Assembly: GCA_020697715.1 (NCBI GenBank)
Contig: JAEHCO010000001.1
Span: 618,139-682,138 of the forward strand
Origin: Methanobacteriota archaeon
GTDB lineage: Archaea > Thermoplasmatota > Thermoplasmata > SG8-5 > JAGLSY01
Reading direction: 5' to 3'
Length of the DNA: 64,000 nt
Positions 8,846 to 18,830 of this stretch are shown one piece after another (position 1 is the stretch's first letter; every line of letters begins with the position of its first letter). The notes beneath the pieces are model-generated. The model saw only the letters and a program-made list of their open reading frames with translations, ran no database searches and had not been told where the DNA came from. The translations under genes were made by a program, and so were the position numbers.

Positions 8846-11800
8846 ATGATTGTAAAATCTATAAAATCAAATTCTAGGTCGGTAAAAAGCAAGGGATTCG
8901 CAATTCTTTCAGTGGCCTTTGTGTTTCTCATGATAATTGGGGTTTTCTCACCTGTCATCTCAGGCACAGATGCGGGTACGAACACAGGCACGAGACAGCA
9001 AGACCAGGATTACATCCTGCGAGTGGCCATGCAGGATGATATCAAGACCCTGAATCCCCTTGTCACGAGCGATTCATGGACCTGGAATGTGATCGAATAT
9101 ATTTACGACAAGCCAGTGAAGTCCGACCCCATCACTGGCGAGCTCATCCCTTACATAGCCGTGGGTTCTGCCAGTGGCACTGGAAAGGGATTGAATGACG
9201 TATGGGGTTGGGAGGATCTGAACACTGGTGTATTCGGCAACACACCAGTGGCTGATTGGGAGCCCGGTATGACTGGTGTCTCTGAGGCCACGATATTCTA
9301 TGACTTCACCAATGTCACATGGCATGATGGTATGCAGATGTCCATCAGGGATATTCAGTTCGCTTACCATGTACAAGCCCTATCGCCCACTGGCTCATCA
9401 GATGTCAATTGCCTTATGGACCTGGGCGGGGAGTTCGGTACGAATTATTCAAATACCAATTATCTACATATTCAGAAGGTTTATGAGAGTGCGGATGGGC
9501 TTCAGGCGGCTCTAAGGTTCGAGATCCAGACGCCTTTTGAAAGCTTCTTCAGGAGCACTTTATCTGTTTTACTATTACCATATCACGTATGGGGAAGTAC
9601 TGTGTCTGGACAAGCTTATGATAATACGATGATATGGTGCGATCCAGGTTATTCAGTTGACAATGTCATGGCTTGGGATGTTTCAGATGCTCTGGCCTGG
9701 CATAATCCAACATCAATTGGCAGTGGTCCAATGAAGTACGATTCCTGGAATATGGGTGTTAGCTCAAAGATCATCACATACAGGGATCATTTTTACAGAG
9801 AGAACTGGAATCCAGATTACGATATAAACGGAATTGCAAAACAACCCACCATCGAGGCAATTGTCTTCAAGATATACAAGACCGCGGAGCAAGCGGTCTT
9901 GGCTTTGAGAAATAATGATATAGATTACATAGCCTGGTCCCTTCCGCCAACCTTTGTTCAAGAGGTAATAGATGAGCCAGATATAGGCATCAAACAGTCC
10001 ATGAGCAGTGGCTTTTACTACATGGGCTACAATATGAGACCCAATAAGAGATCCTTCGGATATGATGATAATGGTGTGGATGTGGGCAAGCCACTAAGGA
10101 AGGCTATCGCTCATTGTATTGACAAAGATTTGATAGTTCAAAGGCTACTTCTGGGCTTTGGCTCACCAGGAGACGGTCCCATATCCGCGACCAGTGAATG
10201 GTACAATGATTCGATCCCACAGTACGACTTTGATCCCGAAGAAGCAAAGACGATCTTGGAGAATGCGGGCTATCAATTGACAAATCCAACTATCGACCCT
10301 GGCCAAGGTAATTGGTGGCTCAATCCAGATGGCTCCAATATCGGAAATTCAGAGGGCGGTAAGATAGAGATATTGACACCACCTGCAGATTATGATCCGA
10401 TAAGAGCACAGGCTGGTTTGATGATCGCCATGCAGATGCAGGAGATCGGTATCTATGCGGAGTCCATCGCTATGGACTTCGGGACCATCGTAAATCATAT
10501 CGACTATCGGGACTTCGATATGTACATTCTGGGATGGAACATCAATAGCGCTCCACCAAATTTCATGTACGCGTTCTTCCATTCGGACAATGCAGCTGCT
10601 GGCCAGAACTACCCAGGATATTCCAATTCAAGTTTCGATGCGATAATAGACACTGCCAGAGCATCCGGTGACGATGCTCTGAGGCTGGAGCTGATCAATG
10701 ACGCCCAGGCCGCCATCGCATACGATCTGCCATACGACGTTCTCTACTTCAAGACGAATATCGAGGCCTATCGCTCGGACAGGTTCACGGGCTGGGTGTC
10801 GGACTCATCTGGCTCGATCTATAACTGGAGATCCATTCTCGAGTTGAGACCGCCATCGAATATGTGGTTGGAAGCAAATTTTGTCAATGTAGCTTCTTCT
10901 ATCGGATCCAATGCGACCACCGATGTAGAGGTGCTTGTCACTAAGAATAGAATAGAAGTTGATAGCACCATCACAAGAATGCCTGTTGATAATGCATTTG
11001 TCAGGCTGGCGGTGTCAGATGGGTCGCTTTCCGCATACAGCGGGACAACAGGTTCAAATGGGGTCTTGAGAGTCACTTTCACAGCCCCCTATGCACAACG
11101 TGTCAATGAATTCAATAGCTATGGATCAAGTGTGCTTATCGAGATCGCGAGTGCGGAATTATATGGTTACGATGACGCCCCTAGTAAAATAACCATGCTG
11201 ACCGTATATCCAGACGACATTGATTTTCTCACAGTCCATATGGAAGCAGAACCGATGACCATCGATGATACAGATGCGACAGGAGCTCTCGGCATCTCAA
11301 ATATAGTTGTCTCAGTAACAGACCGATCGAATGATCCTATCATTGGAGCTGAAGTGACAATACAATTAGATTCTTTATATTCCCCATCTCCCTCTATTTC
11401 TCCAGTACTTGCCACCACAGGCTCAGATGGAACTGCGGTATTTACCTTTGAGGCTGCGGAGCTATGGGATGAAGAGGATAGGGAATATTCTGTAAGTGTT
11501 TTGGCCACCAAGGACGATTACGAAAGTGGAACTCAGTCCATTGTGATCAATGTCGTCGATGCACATATTTATATTCCTCCGAACTCCGACATAGATGGAG
11601 ATGGTGTGAATAATACGGATGATGATTTTCCAACTGATCCAGCAGCCTCTGTCGATACTGATGGTGATGGAAAGCCAGATGATTGGAATGAAGGCTATAC
11701 GGCTGAAGATTCCACTACTGGTCTTATTTTGGATGAAGATGATGATGGTGACGGCATCCCGGATGATGAGATCCTATCATTGGATTCAAATTCAGGTGAT

Positions 11801-11902
11801 GATGATGAAACCAGTTTGGTCGGAACATACTGGTGGTTGATCGTCATCCTCATTGTTGTCTTTGGCATTATGATCGCTATATATTTCTTTAAAGAACTAT
11901 GA
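8846..11902 (+). CDS. Family-5 ABC solute-binding protein with Ig-like domains, Asp-rich DxDxDG repeats and C-terminal TM anchor
   Basis: DIKTLNP, IGSGP and LRKAIAHCIDK motifs; DIDGDG/DTDGDG/DDDGDG repeats near 11588-11770; terminal TM helix. Confidence 0.85.
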   Translation: MIVKSIKSNSRSVKSKGFAILSVAFVFLMIIGVFSPVISGTDAGTNTGTRQQDQDYILRVAMQDDIKTLNPLVTSDSWTWNVIEYIYDKPVKSDPITGELIPYIAVGSASGTGKGLNDVWGWEDLNTGVFGNTPVADWEPGMTGVSEATIFYDFTNVTWHDGMQMSIRDIQFAYHVQALSPTGSSDVNCLMDLGGEFGTNYSNTNYLHIQKVYESADGLQAALRFEIQTPFESFFRSTLSVLLLPYHVWGSTVSGQAYDNTMIWCDPGYSVDNVMAWDVSDALAWHNPTSIGSGPMKYDSWNMGVSSKIITYRDHFYRENWNPDYDINGIAKQPTIEAIVFKIYKTAEQAVLALRNNDIDYIAWSLPPTFVQEVIDEPDIGIKQSMSSGFYYMGYNMRPNKRSFGYDDNGVDVGKPLRKAIAHCIDKDLIVQRLLLGFGSPGDGPISATSEWYNDSIPQYDFDPEEAKTILENAGYQLTNPTIDPGQGNWWLNPDGSNIGNSEGGKIEILTPPADYDPIRAQAGLMIAMQMQEIGIYAESIAMDFGTIVNHIDYRDFDMYILGWNINSAPPNFMYAFFHSDNAAAGQNYPGYSNSSFDAIIDTARASGDDALRLELINDAQAAIAYDLPYDVLYFKTNIEAYRSDRFTGWVSDSSGSIYNWRSILELRPPSNMWLEANFVNVASSIGSNATTDVEVLVTKNRIEVDSTITRMPVDNAFVRLAVSDGSLSAYSGTTGSNGVLRVTFTAPYAQRVNEFNSYGSSVLIEIASAELYGYDDAPSKITMLTVYPDDIDFLTVHMEAEPMTIDDTDATGALGISNIVVSVTDRSNDPIIGAEVTIQLDSLYSPSPSISPVLATTGSDGTAVFTFEAAELWDEEDREYSVSVLATKDDYESGTQSIVINVVDAHIYIPPNSDIDGDGVNNTDDDFPTDPAASVDTDGDGKPDDWNEGYTAEDSTTGLILDEDDDGDGIPDDEILSLDSNSGDDDETSLVGTYWWLIVILIVVFGIMIAIYFFKEL

Positions 11903-11935
11903 GCGACCATGAACCATAAATAAGAATACACCTTG

Positions 11936-11981
11936 ACCTGTAAACAAGACTACAAATTACCTGTAAACAAGACTACAAATT
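11936..11981. repeat. Perfect 2 x 23 bp tandem duplication
   Basis: ACCTGTAAACAAGACTACAAATT occurs twice in tandem. Confidence 0.95.
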
Positions 11982-12168
11982 GAATGATAAACATATTGCC
12001 AAATATAATGTTAAATATTTCGACTACTTTATAACAACCCGACATCTATATATATAGATAGTGTAATAAAAGGTGGTGGAAACAAGTGACTTTTCGTAAG
12101 AGGTCATTAGTGGATGGGCTAATCAGTGGGCGAAGTGGTCACTTAGAGTGAGAAAGGGGTGAAACCGA

Positions 12169-13869
12169 TTGGTGCTCAAAAAAGCTTTAATGAAAAAATT
12201 CCTAAAGGCGGGTTCTAAATCACTTAAAGTGAAAGTTCCTATAGGCGAGAAGCTTAAAGAGCAAGAATATAGAGCTGGAAGAGGCTCTGAGATCACACCC
12301 ATTCCTGATCTTGTTGGTTCTAAATTTGAAGAGAGAGAGGTATATCCGATAAATGAACCTTTTAGTTATGCTCGTATTAAATATGATACTGAAAAGAGCG
12401 AATACATTTACGAGGTCATTGAACCCACCACCACCCCCAAAGAGAAGGAGATCATTAAACTTATAATGGACACCTTCGAAAAGGCACTGGAATATGAAAT
12501 GGACAAGATGGGATTAAATGACAAAAGAGAGTATCTGAAAGGCGCGATCAATAGTTTCGTAACCTCAAGAGGCCTAAAAATAGATCCAAAGACCAAAGAA
12601 AAGATAGATTATTTCATATTGAGGGACTTCGTAGATTATGGACCCATAGATTCTCTCATGCACGATGATAAGATCGAAGATGTTTCTTGTGATGGGACCG
12701 CAGTCCCCCTCTTTGTCTTTCATCAGAAATACGAATCCATCAAGACTGCCACACTCTTCGAGGATGAGGATGAACTGAACAGTTTTGTTGTTCAGTTGGG
12801 TCAGAGATGTGGAAAGCAGGTATCTGTTTCCATGCCTATTCTGGATGGAACAACTGGCGAGGGTCACAGGGTACAAGCGACGTATTCTACAGAGGTCACT
12901 ACCAGAGGTTCTTCTTTCACCATAAGGCGATTCAAGGAAAAGCCTTTCACGCCTGTTGACCTTATTAAATTCAATACAGCATCTCCCGAAATGGTTGCCT
13001 ATATGTGGCTGGCCGTCGAGCTTGGGAAATCCATGCTGGTTGTTGGAGGCACTGCCAGTGGAAAGACAGCTACATTGAATGCTGCAGCTCTTTTCATCAG
13101 GCCAGGTGCGAAGATAGTTACCATGGAAGATACTAGGGAATTGAACCTGCCTCACGAGAACTGGATACCAGGTACGACAAGGACTGGCCAGGGTGAAAGG
13201 GATGCGGAAGGAAAGGCCGAGGGCGAGATCGATATGTACGAACTCGTTAGGGGCGCATTAAGGCAGAGGCCGAACTACATCATAGTGGGAGAGGTCAGAG
13301 GTAAAGAAACATCCACTATGTTCCAGGCAATGGCCACAGGTCACACCACCTATTCCACAATGCATGCGGATTCGGTCAAGTCCATGGTCAATAGGTTGGA
13401 AAATCCGCCGATCAACACTCCAAGGATATTGCTTACAGCTCTTAATTTCATAGTCATTCAGAAGCATGTGAGGGTCAGGGACAGTGTCGTTCGTAGGATA
13501 ACGGAGATCGTAGAGCTGGTTGCCTATGAAGCAGATACCAATGAGATCGTCACCAACACCACATACCTTTGGGATCAGCGCAGTGATTCCTTCCTGTACA
13601 AGGGTCACAGTTTCATCCTGGATGGTATGATGGAGATAAAGAATCTCACCCATGATGAGATGGATGCGGAATTCAAAAGAAGGGTGGACATCATCAATTA
13701 CATGGTGGAAAAGGACATCACTGATTTCATCGAGATCGCCAATATCGTAGTTGCATATTACAAAGAACCACTTGAGACCGTCCAGAAGATAAGGGATGAA
13801 ATGGGATGGGTCGTGGAGGCCGTCTTTACTGGTGGCGATGAAGAGGAGGGATCGATCTTTGGCTCATGA
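12169..13869 (+). CDS. Type IV pilus/type II secretion ATPase (FlaI/TadA/VirB11 family), copy 1
   Basis: Walker A GGTASGKT, EDTRE Asp box, LRQRPNYIIVGEVRG, His box TGHTTYSTMHA. Confidence 0.92.
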   Translation: MVLKKALMKKFLKAGSKSLKVKVPIGEKLKEQEYRAGRGSEITPIPDLVGSKFEEREVYPINEPFSYARIKYDTEKSEYIYEVIEPTTTPKEKEIIKLIMDTFEKALEYEMDKMGLNDKREYLKGAINSFVTSRGLKIDPKTKEKIDYFILRDFVDYGPIDSLMHDDKIEDVSCDGTAVPLFVFHQKYESIKTATLFEDEDELNSFVVQLGQRCGKQVSVSMPILDGTTGEGHRVQATYSTEVTTRGSSFTIRRFKEKPFTPVDLIKFNTASPEMVAYMWLAVELGKSMLVVGGTASGKTATLNAAALFIRPGAKIVTMEDTRELNLPHENWIPGTTRTGQGERDAEGKAEGEIDMYELVRGALRQRPNYIIVGEVRGKETSTMFQAMATGHTTYSTMHADSVKSMVNRLENPPINTPRILLTALNFIVIQKHVRVRDSVVRRITEIVELVAYEADTNEIVTNTTYLWDQRSDSFLYKGHSFILDGMMEIKNLTHDEMDAEFKRRVDIINYMVEKDITDFIEIANIVVAYYKEPLETVQKIRDEMGWVVEAVFTGGDEEEGSIFGS

Positions 13870-14875
13870 GACAGTTGATGCATTCTCAAAGCTCGATACA
13901 AAGGGCAGCCATCTCAAGACCAAGAGAACCAGAAAATATGAGGAGGTCGAGCGTGGCCCTCATATCATCAGGTTAAAGAAAGGTTCGGTGCCAACATACA
14001 TAAAACTGACACCCTTCCAGGAGTTCTCATGGGGATTAATGGGCAATTATGCCAAGAATAAATACAAGGCTGATGAGGATCTTGAGAGCAATCTGATGAA
14101 AGCCCATATGCCGATAAGGCCAGAAGAACATATGGCAGTGGCCTACACGATGGCTCTTATTATGGGAATTGTTGGCGCCATAATGCTGATAGTTATTCCT
14201 ATCGTCCTATCTTTCCTGGACATGCTGGTCGTGGGAGTTCTGATAGGCGTGATGGCCGTGGTATTGCTTCCAGTAATGGGCTTCTTCGGTGTCAAAAGTT
14301 CCCCTGGTGGGAAAGCGAAATCCCGGGGAAGGGATATCGATAAAAGGATTTCGGGAGTTATGAGTTTCATTTCCGCCATGGCCTCGGCCAATGTTCCGGT
14401 CGATGTCATTTTCAAGGAACTATCCAAGCAGGATGTGTACGGTGAGATCCAGAACGAGGCTGAATGGATAACACGAGACACGGAGCTTCTTGGTATTGAT
14501 ATTCTCACAGCCATCAGGAGAGGCTCACTGCGTTCACCATCAATTAAATTCCAGGATTTCCTTCAGGGTGTTGTAACAACCACGACATCTGGAGGTCAGC
14601 TGAAGCCTTATTTCATCATGAAGGCCGAGCAGTTTGAGAAGGAGAATAAATTAATGATGAAGCAGACCATGGAAACCATGGCCATGATGGCCGAGAGTTT
14701 CGTCACAGTGGTCGTGGCATTTCCACTTTTCTTAGTGGTCATACTTGCCATTATGGCTATCATCGGAGGCAATGCGGCTTCCACTACCAATATATTGTTC
14801 ATGGTCATAGGGATCATGATACCAGCATCACAATTTGGTTTCATATTCGTAATCTGGAGCATAAGTCAAGAGTAG
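13859..14875 (+). CDS. Type IV pilus membrane platform protein (T2SSF/TadB-TadC/FlaJ-like) 1
   Basis: TM pair, cytoplasmic GspF-like region (RSPSIKFQDFLQG), C-terminal TMs; TTG start after GAGGAGG. Confidence 0.85.
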   Translation: MAHETVDAFSKLDTKGSHLKTKRTRKYEEVERGPHIIRLKKGSVPTYIKLTPFQEFSWGLMGNYAKNKYKADEDLESNLMKAHMPIRPEEHMAVAYTMALIMGIVGAIMLIVIPIVLSFLDMLVVGVLIGVMAVVLLPVMGFFGVKSSPGGKAKSRGRDIDKRISGVMSFISAMASANVPVDVIFKELSKQDVYGEIQNEAEWITRDTELLGIDILTAIRRGSLRSPSIKFQDFLQGVVTTTTSGGQLKPYFIMKAEQFEKENKLMMKQTMETMAMMAESFVTVVVAFPLFLVVILAIMAIIGGNAASTTNILFMVIGIMIPASQFGFIFVIWSISQE

Positions 14876-14888
14876 AGGTGCAGAAAGA

Positions 14889-15917
14889 ATGGCAGCAACC
14901 AAAGAAGAAATGAGGAAACTGGCGATCGCCAGTAAAAAGGACCACACCAGGACAGTTATAGTGGTGGGTGCCATCATATTCTCAGCATTTCTGCTAGTCG
15001 GCATATTGAACTTAACAGAGCAGATCGACACATCATTCAAGTCATTAGAACTAATAGATAATAACGAGGACGGAATTATAGATAAATGGGATGCGAACTC
15101 CGGATATGATAGTGATGGTGATGAAGTACCGGATCAAGGGCAAACGCCTATGATGAGATTCTTAAATCTATTATTTTTAGGTGCGGCTTTCCTTTTTGGC
15201 CCTTGGGCTTTCTATGCCTCATCCAAAGCGAAGAACATCGAAGCTATCGAGAGAAGGATACCTGATTTTCTTAGAGATGTGGCTGAAGCAGGTCGATTTG
15301 GTATGACACTGGCCGATGCTATCGTTGTCGCTTCATCTGGTAGATACGGTAAACTCACGCCCGAGATCAAGAAGATGGCAGCCCAGATCGAATGGGGTAT
15401 CACAGCCACTGAGGCACTGAGGCTCTTCGCAGATAGGATGAATACCGCATTGGTGAACAGAGTTGTCGCGATCGTCATTAAATCCAGTGATGCTGGTGGC
15501 AGTGTTGCGGATGTTCTTACAATGGTGGCTCACGATACCAAAGAAGAACAGCTATCACAGCAAGAGAGGGAGATCACGATGAGTACCTACCTGGCTGTTA
15601 TTTACATAGCTTACTTCGTGTTCCTGGTCACTATTATAATTCTTAATGCCACTTTCCTTCCAAAGATAAGGATCGCGGGAATGGCGGTAGCAAGATCGGC
15701 AGAGGCCGCGGGTCTAGGCAGTGCGAATGTCGGAGGCATGTCATTGGATGTATCAGCTATACCCAATATCGAGGTAGCTTTCTTCCTGGCATCCATGATC
15801 CACGCTGTCGGAGACGGTGTGATGGCTGGCGTACTCCAGAATGGCAGGATATCTGATGGATTGAAGCACAGCTTCATATTGATATTCCTTGGAATACTGA
15901 TATTAACATTTACATGA
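14889..15917 (+). CDS. Type IV pilus membrane platform protein (T2SSF/TadC-like) 2
   Basis: IPDFLRDVAEAGRFGMTL and YGKLTPEI GspF-family motifs, multiple TMs. Confidence 0.88.
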   Translation: MAATKEEMRKLAIASKKDHTRTVIVVGAIIFSAFLLVGILNLTEQIDTSFKSLELIDNNEDGIIDKWDANSGYDSDGDEVPDQGQTPMMRFLNLLFLGAAFLFGPWAFYASSKAKNIEAIERRIPDFLRDVAEAGRFGMTLADAIVVASSGRYGKLTPEIKKMAAQIEWGITATEALRLFADRMNTALVNRVVAIVIKSSDAGGSVADVLTMVAHDTKEEQLSQQEREITMSTYLAVIYIAYFVFLVTIIILNATFLPKIRIAGMAVARSAEAAGLGSANVGGMSLDVSAIPNIEVAFFLASMIHAVGDGVMAGVLQNGRISDGLKHSFILIFLGILILTFT

Positions 15918-15928
15918 GGTGACATGAA

Positions 15929-17755
15929 TTGGCAGATGCAGCAGAGAAGAAATCCATGAGCGACCACCAAAAAGAACTAGAGGCCATAGATGATGAGAAG
16001 AAGTCGGCCGAAGAGAAATTGAACGAGCTCAAGGATGAAGAGGCCAAGACTGAGGCCGAACTCGAATCTTTAGAAGAGCGTAAGCAAGCATCTACTTTCT
16101 CAGCCTTCGATGACCTGAAGAAAAAATACATGACCATGCTAAGTGGCAAGAAAGCGATCAAGGTCAAAGTATCAAAGGGGGCCAAGGAGAGATCCAATAT
16201 CAAGGATGTCACCACAATACCCAAGATAAGGGAGAAACATTTACAGGAGATCGAGATAATCCCAGTTATCGAAGGATACTCGTATGTCAGGATCCTTTAT
16301 GATAATATATCCAGTGATTATTTCTATGAGTGTATCGAACCTGCTCTGAAGGAAGAGGAGGAGGATGTCCTCGAGGTTCTCAAGGAAATAATGGTGGACA
16401 CCCTCGCGCATATAGAGGATGCTACTGAAGAGGTCAGAGAGCAATACCTGAGAGAAGGTGTGGACAGCCTGCTCAAAGATATGGGAGTTACATTGAATCC
16501 CATATCCAAGGAAAGGGTGATCTATTACATTTTAAGAGATTTCATCAGATATGGCCCTATCGATGTTCCAATGATCGAAGGGGGCGTGGAGGATCTTTCT
16601 TGTGATGGTGTCGGTGTGCCTTTCTATATTTATACAAGGCAGTATGGTTCCATTCAATCAAATATCAAGTTCGATACAGCCGAGAGTTTGGATGCCTTCG
16701 TCGTATGGCTGGCCCAGAAGTGTCAGAAGCACATATCCGTGGCAGAGCCCATGCTCGATGCCACCATTCCAGATGGCTCCAGGCTGAATGCCACCCTGGG
16801 AACTCATGTTACAAAAAGAGGTTCTTCATTCACCATCAGGCGATTCAAGGAAGATCCTTTCACACCACTTGATCTAGTAAGGTTCAAGACCATGTCGCCG
16901 GATATGATGGCCTACATATGGCTGTGTATTGAGAATGGGAAGTCCATTCTCGTTTGCGGTGGTACTGCGAGTGGTAAGACCACGACGCTGAATGCGGTTC
17001 TGATATTCATTCCGGCCCAGATGAAGGTCGTTAGTATTGAGGATACGAGAGAATTGAACCTGCCCCATGAGAACTGGGTGCCATTGCTTACAAGATCTGG
17101 CTTTGGCGGTAAGGATGCCACAGGAAAGGCGGCTGGAGAGATCGATATGTTCGATCTTCTAATGGCGGCTTTGAGGCAGAGGCCACAGTACATGATGGTC
17201 GGTGAGGTAAGAGGTTCAGAGGCCAGTGTGGTCTTCCAGGCAATGGCCACAGGTAAGAGCGCGTACACCACTTTCCACGCGGAGAATGTCCAGGCAATGG
17301 TGAACAGGATGGAACAGCCCCCGATCGAAATTCCGAGGGCATTGCTCACGGCTTTGGATCTTGTTCTGATGCAGGCTCAAGTGAAGGTGGGAGATGGAAT
17401 GACACGACGTGTGAAGTCTCTCACGGAGATCTTCGGCATGGATCCAGATTCTGGAGATCTGATCACGAACTCCGTATATACATGGAATCCAGCGGATGAC
17501 ACATTCAATTACAGTGGACACAGCTACATTTACGAGAACATAGCCGATAGTAAGAACTGGACCCAGAGGGAGATGATGCGAGAGGTCAAGCGTCGTATCG
17601 ACCTGTTGGAATACATGAAACTCATTGGTATCAAGACGAACCGCCAACTTGCCAAGGTCGTATCCGCATACTATACCAACCCAGAAGTTACTATGGAAGA
17701 TGTCAAGGTCGTGCTGGCAGGTGGAGAATCAACCATACTCACTCATTTAAAATAA
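15929..17755 (+). CDS. Type IV pilus/type II secretion ATPase, copy 2, with N-terminal coiled coil
   Basis: Walker A GGTASGKT, EDTRE, LRQRPQYMMVGEVRG; TTG start after GAGGTG. Confidence 0.92.
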   Translation: MADAAEKKSMSDHQKELEAIDDEKKSAEEKLNELKDEEAKTEAELESLEERKQASTFSAFDDLKKKYMTMLSGKKAIKVKVSKGAKERSNIKDVTTIPKIREKHLQEIEIIPVIEGYSYVRILYDNISSDYFYECIEPALKEEEEDVLEVLKEIMVDTLAHIEDATEEVREQYLREGVDSLLKDMGVTLNPISKERVIYYILRDFIRYGPIDVPMIEGGVEDLSCDGVGVPFYIYTRQYGSIQSNIKFDTAESLDAFVVWLAQKCQKHISVAEPMLDATIPDGSRLNATLGTHVTKRGSSFTIRRFKEDPFTPLDLVRFKTMSPDMMAYIWLCIENGKSILVCGGTASGKTTTLNAVLIFIPAQMKVVSIEDTRELNLPHENWVPLLTRSGFGGKDATGKAAGEIDMFDLLMAALRQRPQYMMVGEVRGSEASVVFQAMATGKSAYTTFHAENVQAMVNRMEQPPIEIPRALLTALDLVLMQAQVKVGDGMTRRVKSLTEIFGMDPDSGDLITNSVYTWNPADDTFNYSGHSYIYENIADSKNWTQREMMREVKRRIDLLEYMKLIGIKTNRQLAKVVSAYYTNPEVTMEDVKVVLAGGESTILTHLK

Positions 17756-17958
17756 TTCATACTTCGATCTCGACTATCTAATATCTTTACTAATATGATA
17801 TATTATGATATCATTAATGATTATAAGATGTAATAGAGTCTTATGATATATACTATACAGCTAATGCACAAATTGCTCAACAATCATTCTTGTTTTTAAG
17901 ATAAAGTATGTAAAAAAGTATATAGATGATGATGTGTTCCGCCCCATTGGTGAAATAA

Positions 17959-18126
17959 ATGGATGAAGACGTGGTCTGTACATCTTGTAAGATCCCTTTG
18001 ATCGAAACAGGTAGTTCCGTATTCAAATGCCCCAGTTGTACCAAAATCACAATTGGTAGATGCATCAGATGCAGGGATCAGAGTGTTAGCTATGAATGCC
18101 CAGAATGTGGATTTCAGGGTCCGTAG
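17959..18126 (+). CDS. Small Zn-ribbon protein (DUF1610/HVO_2753 family), 55 aa, absent from the ORF track
   Basis: Manual translation MDEDVVCTSC...FKCPSC...GRCIRCRDQSVSYECPECGFQGP with four CxxC motifs; conserved position upstream of EF-1beta. Confidence 0.93.
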   Translation: MDEDVVCTSCKIPLIETGSSVFKCPSCTKITIGRCIRCRDQSVSYECPECGFQGP

Positions 18127-18135
18127 GTGATATAT

Positions 18136-18402
18136 ATGGGAGATGTAGCAATAACTTACAAGGTCATGCCAGACGGATTGGAAGTAGATCTGGTAGAATT
18201 GAAAACCAATCTAACTGAAGAATTGACCAAGATATGTAGAGTGAACAGTATAGAGGAAAGACCACTGGCTTTTGGACTGAAAGCATTGATCGTTCAGGTC
18301 ATCATGAAGGATGGCGAGGGCGTGGTGGACAAGCTGGAACAGTTAATACGTGATGTTCCCGGTGTCCAGAATGCCGATGTAGAAGACATGGGTCTTATCT
18401 GA
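18136..18402 (+). CDS. ef1b: Translation elongation factor 1-beta
   Basis: MGDVAITYKVMP and PLAFGLKAL motifs. Confidence 0.95.
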   Translation: MGDVAITYKVMPDGLEVDLVELKTNLTEELTKICRVNSIEERPLAFGLKALIVQVIMKDGEGVVDKLEQLIRDVPGVQNADVEDMGLI

Positions 18403-18464
18403 TAAAGCATACCAGCGATATTCAATTATTTCTATATGCTCTATTTCCAAAGGTAGGCTATGCC

Positions 18465-18830
18465 ATGGGCAAAAAGGGAAGATACGCTAAGCAGAAGGAC
18501 CGGCGAAAGAAGATCGCCAGTGAAAGAATATCCATCCTCATGGAATTGGCTGATAAGGAAGCCATATCTGGCAAATTGGATAGGGCTAGTCGATATGGAT
18601 ATCTGGCAAGGAAGATCGGAAAAAAATATAATGTACGCTTGCCAGGTACCTTCAAGCATAAATATTGCAAGCACTGTGGCACATACCGGGTACCATCAAG
18701 AAACACCCGGGTTCGAATATCGCGTGGCCACATAACCACACATTGCCTGGAATGTGGTGACATATACAGAAGACCATACATAGTGAATGGAAATAGATCA
18801 ATAAAGGAAAGTGAACTCAATGGACAATAA
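18465..18830 (+). CDS. rnp4: RNase P protein component Rpp21
   Basis: IASERI, YCKHC and HCLECG Zn ribbon. Confidence 0.9.
   Translation: MGKKGRYAKQKDRRKKIASERISILMELADKEAISGKLDRASRYGYLARKIGKKYNVRLPGTFKHKYCKHCGTYRVPSRNTRVRISRGHITTHCLECGDIYRRPYIVNGNRSIKESELNGQ

Noticed and set aside
12169-17755. Archaellum operon
   Set aside because: No archaellin or arlF/G/H genes, and the platform is split into two genes; this fits a pilus system.
17756-17950. AT-rich tract as a replication origin (also 22790-22990)
   Set aside because: No ORB repeats and no adjacent cdc6/orc1; promoter regions explain them.
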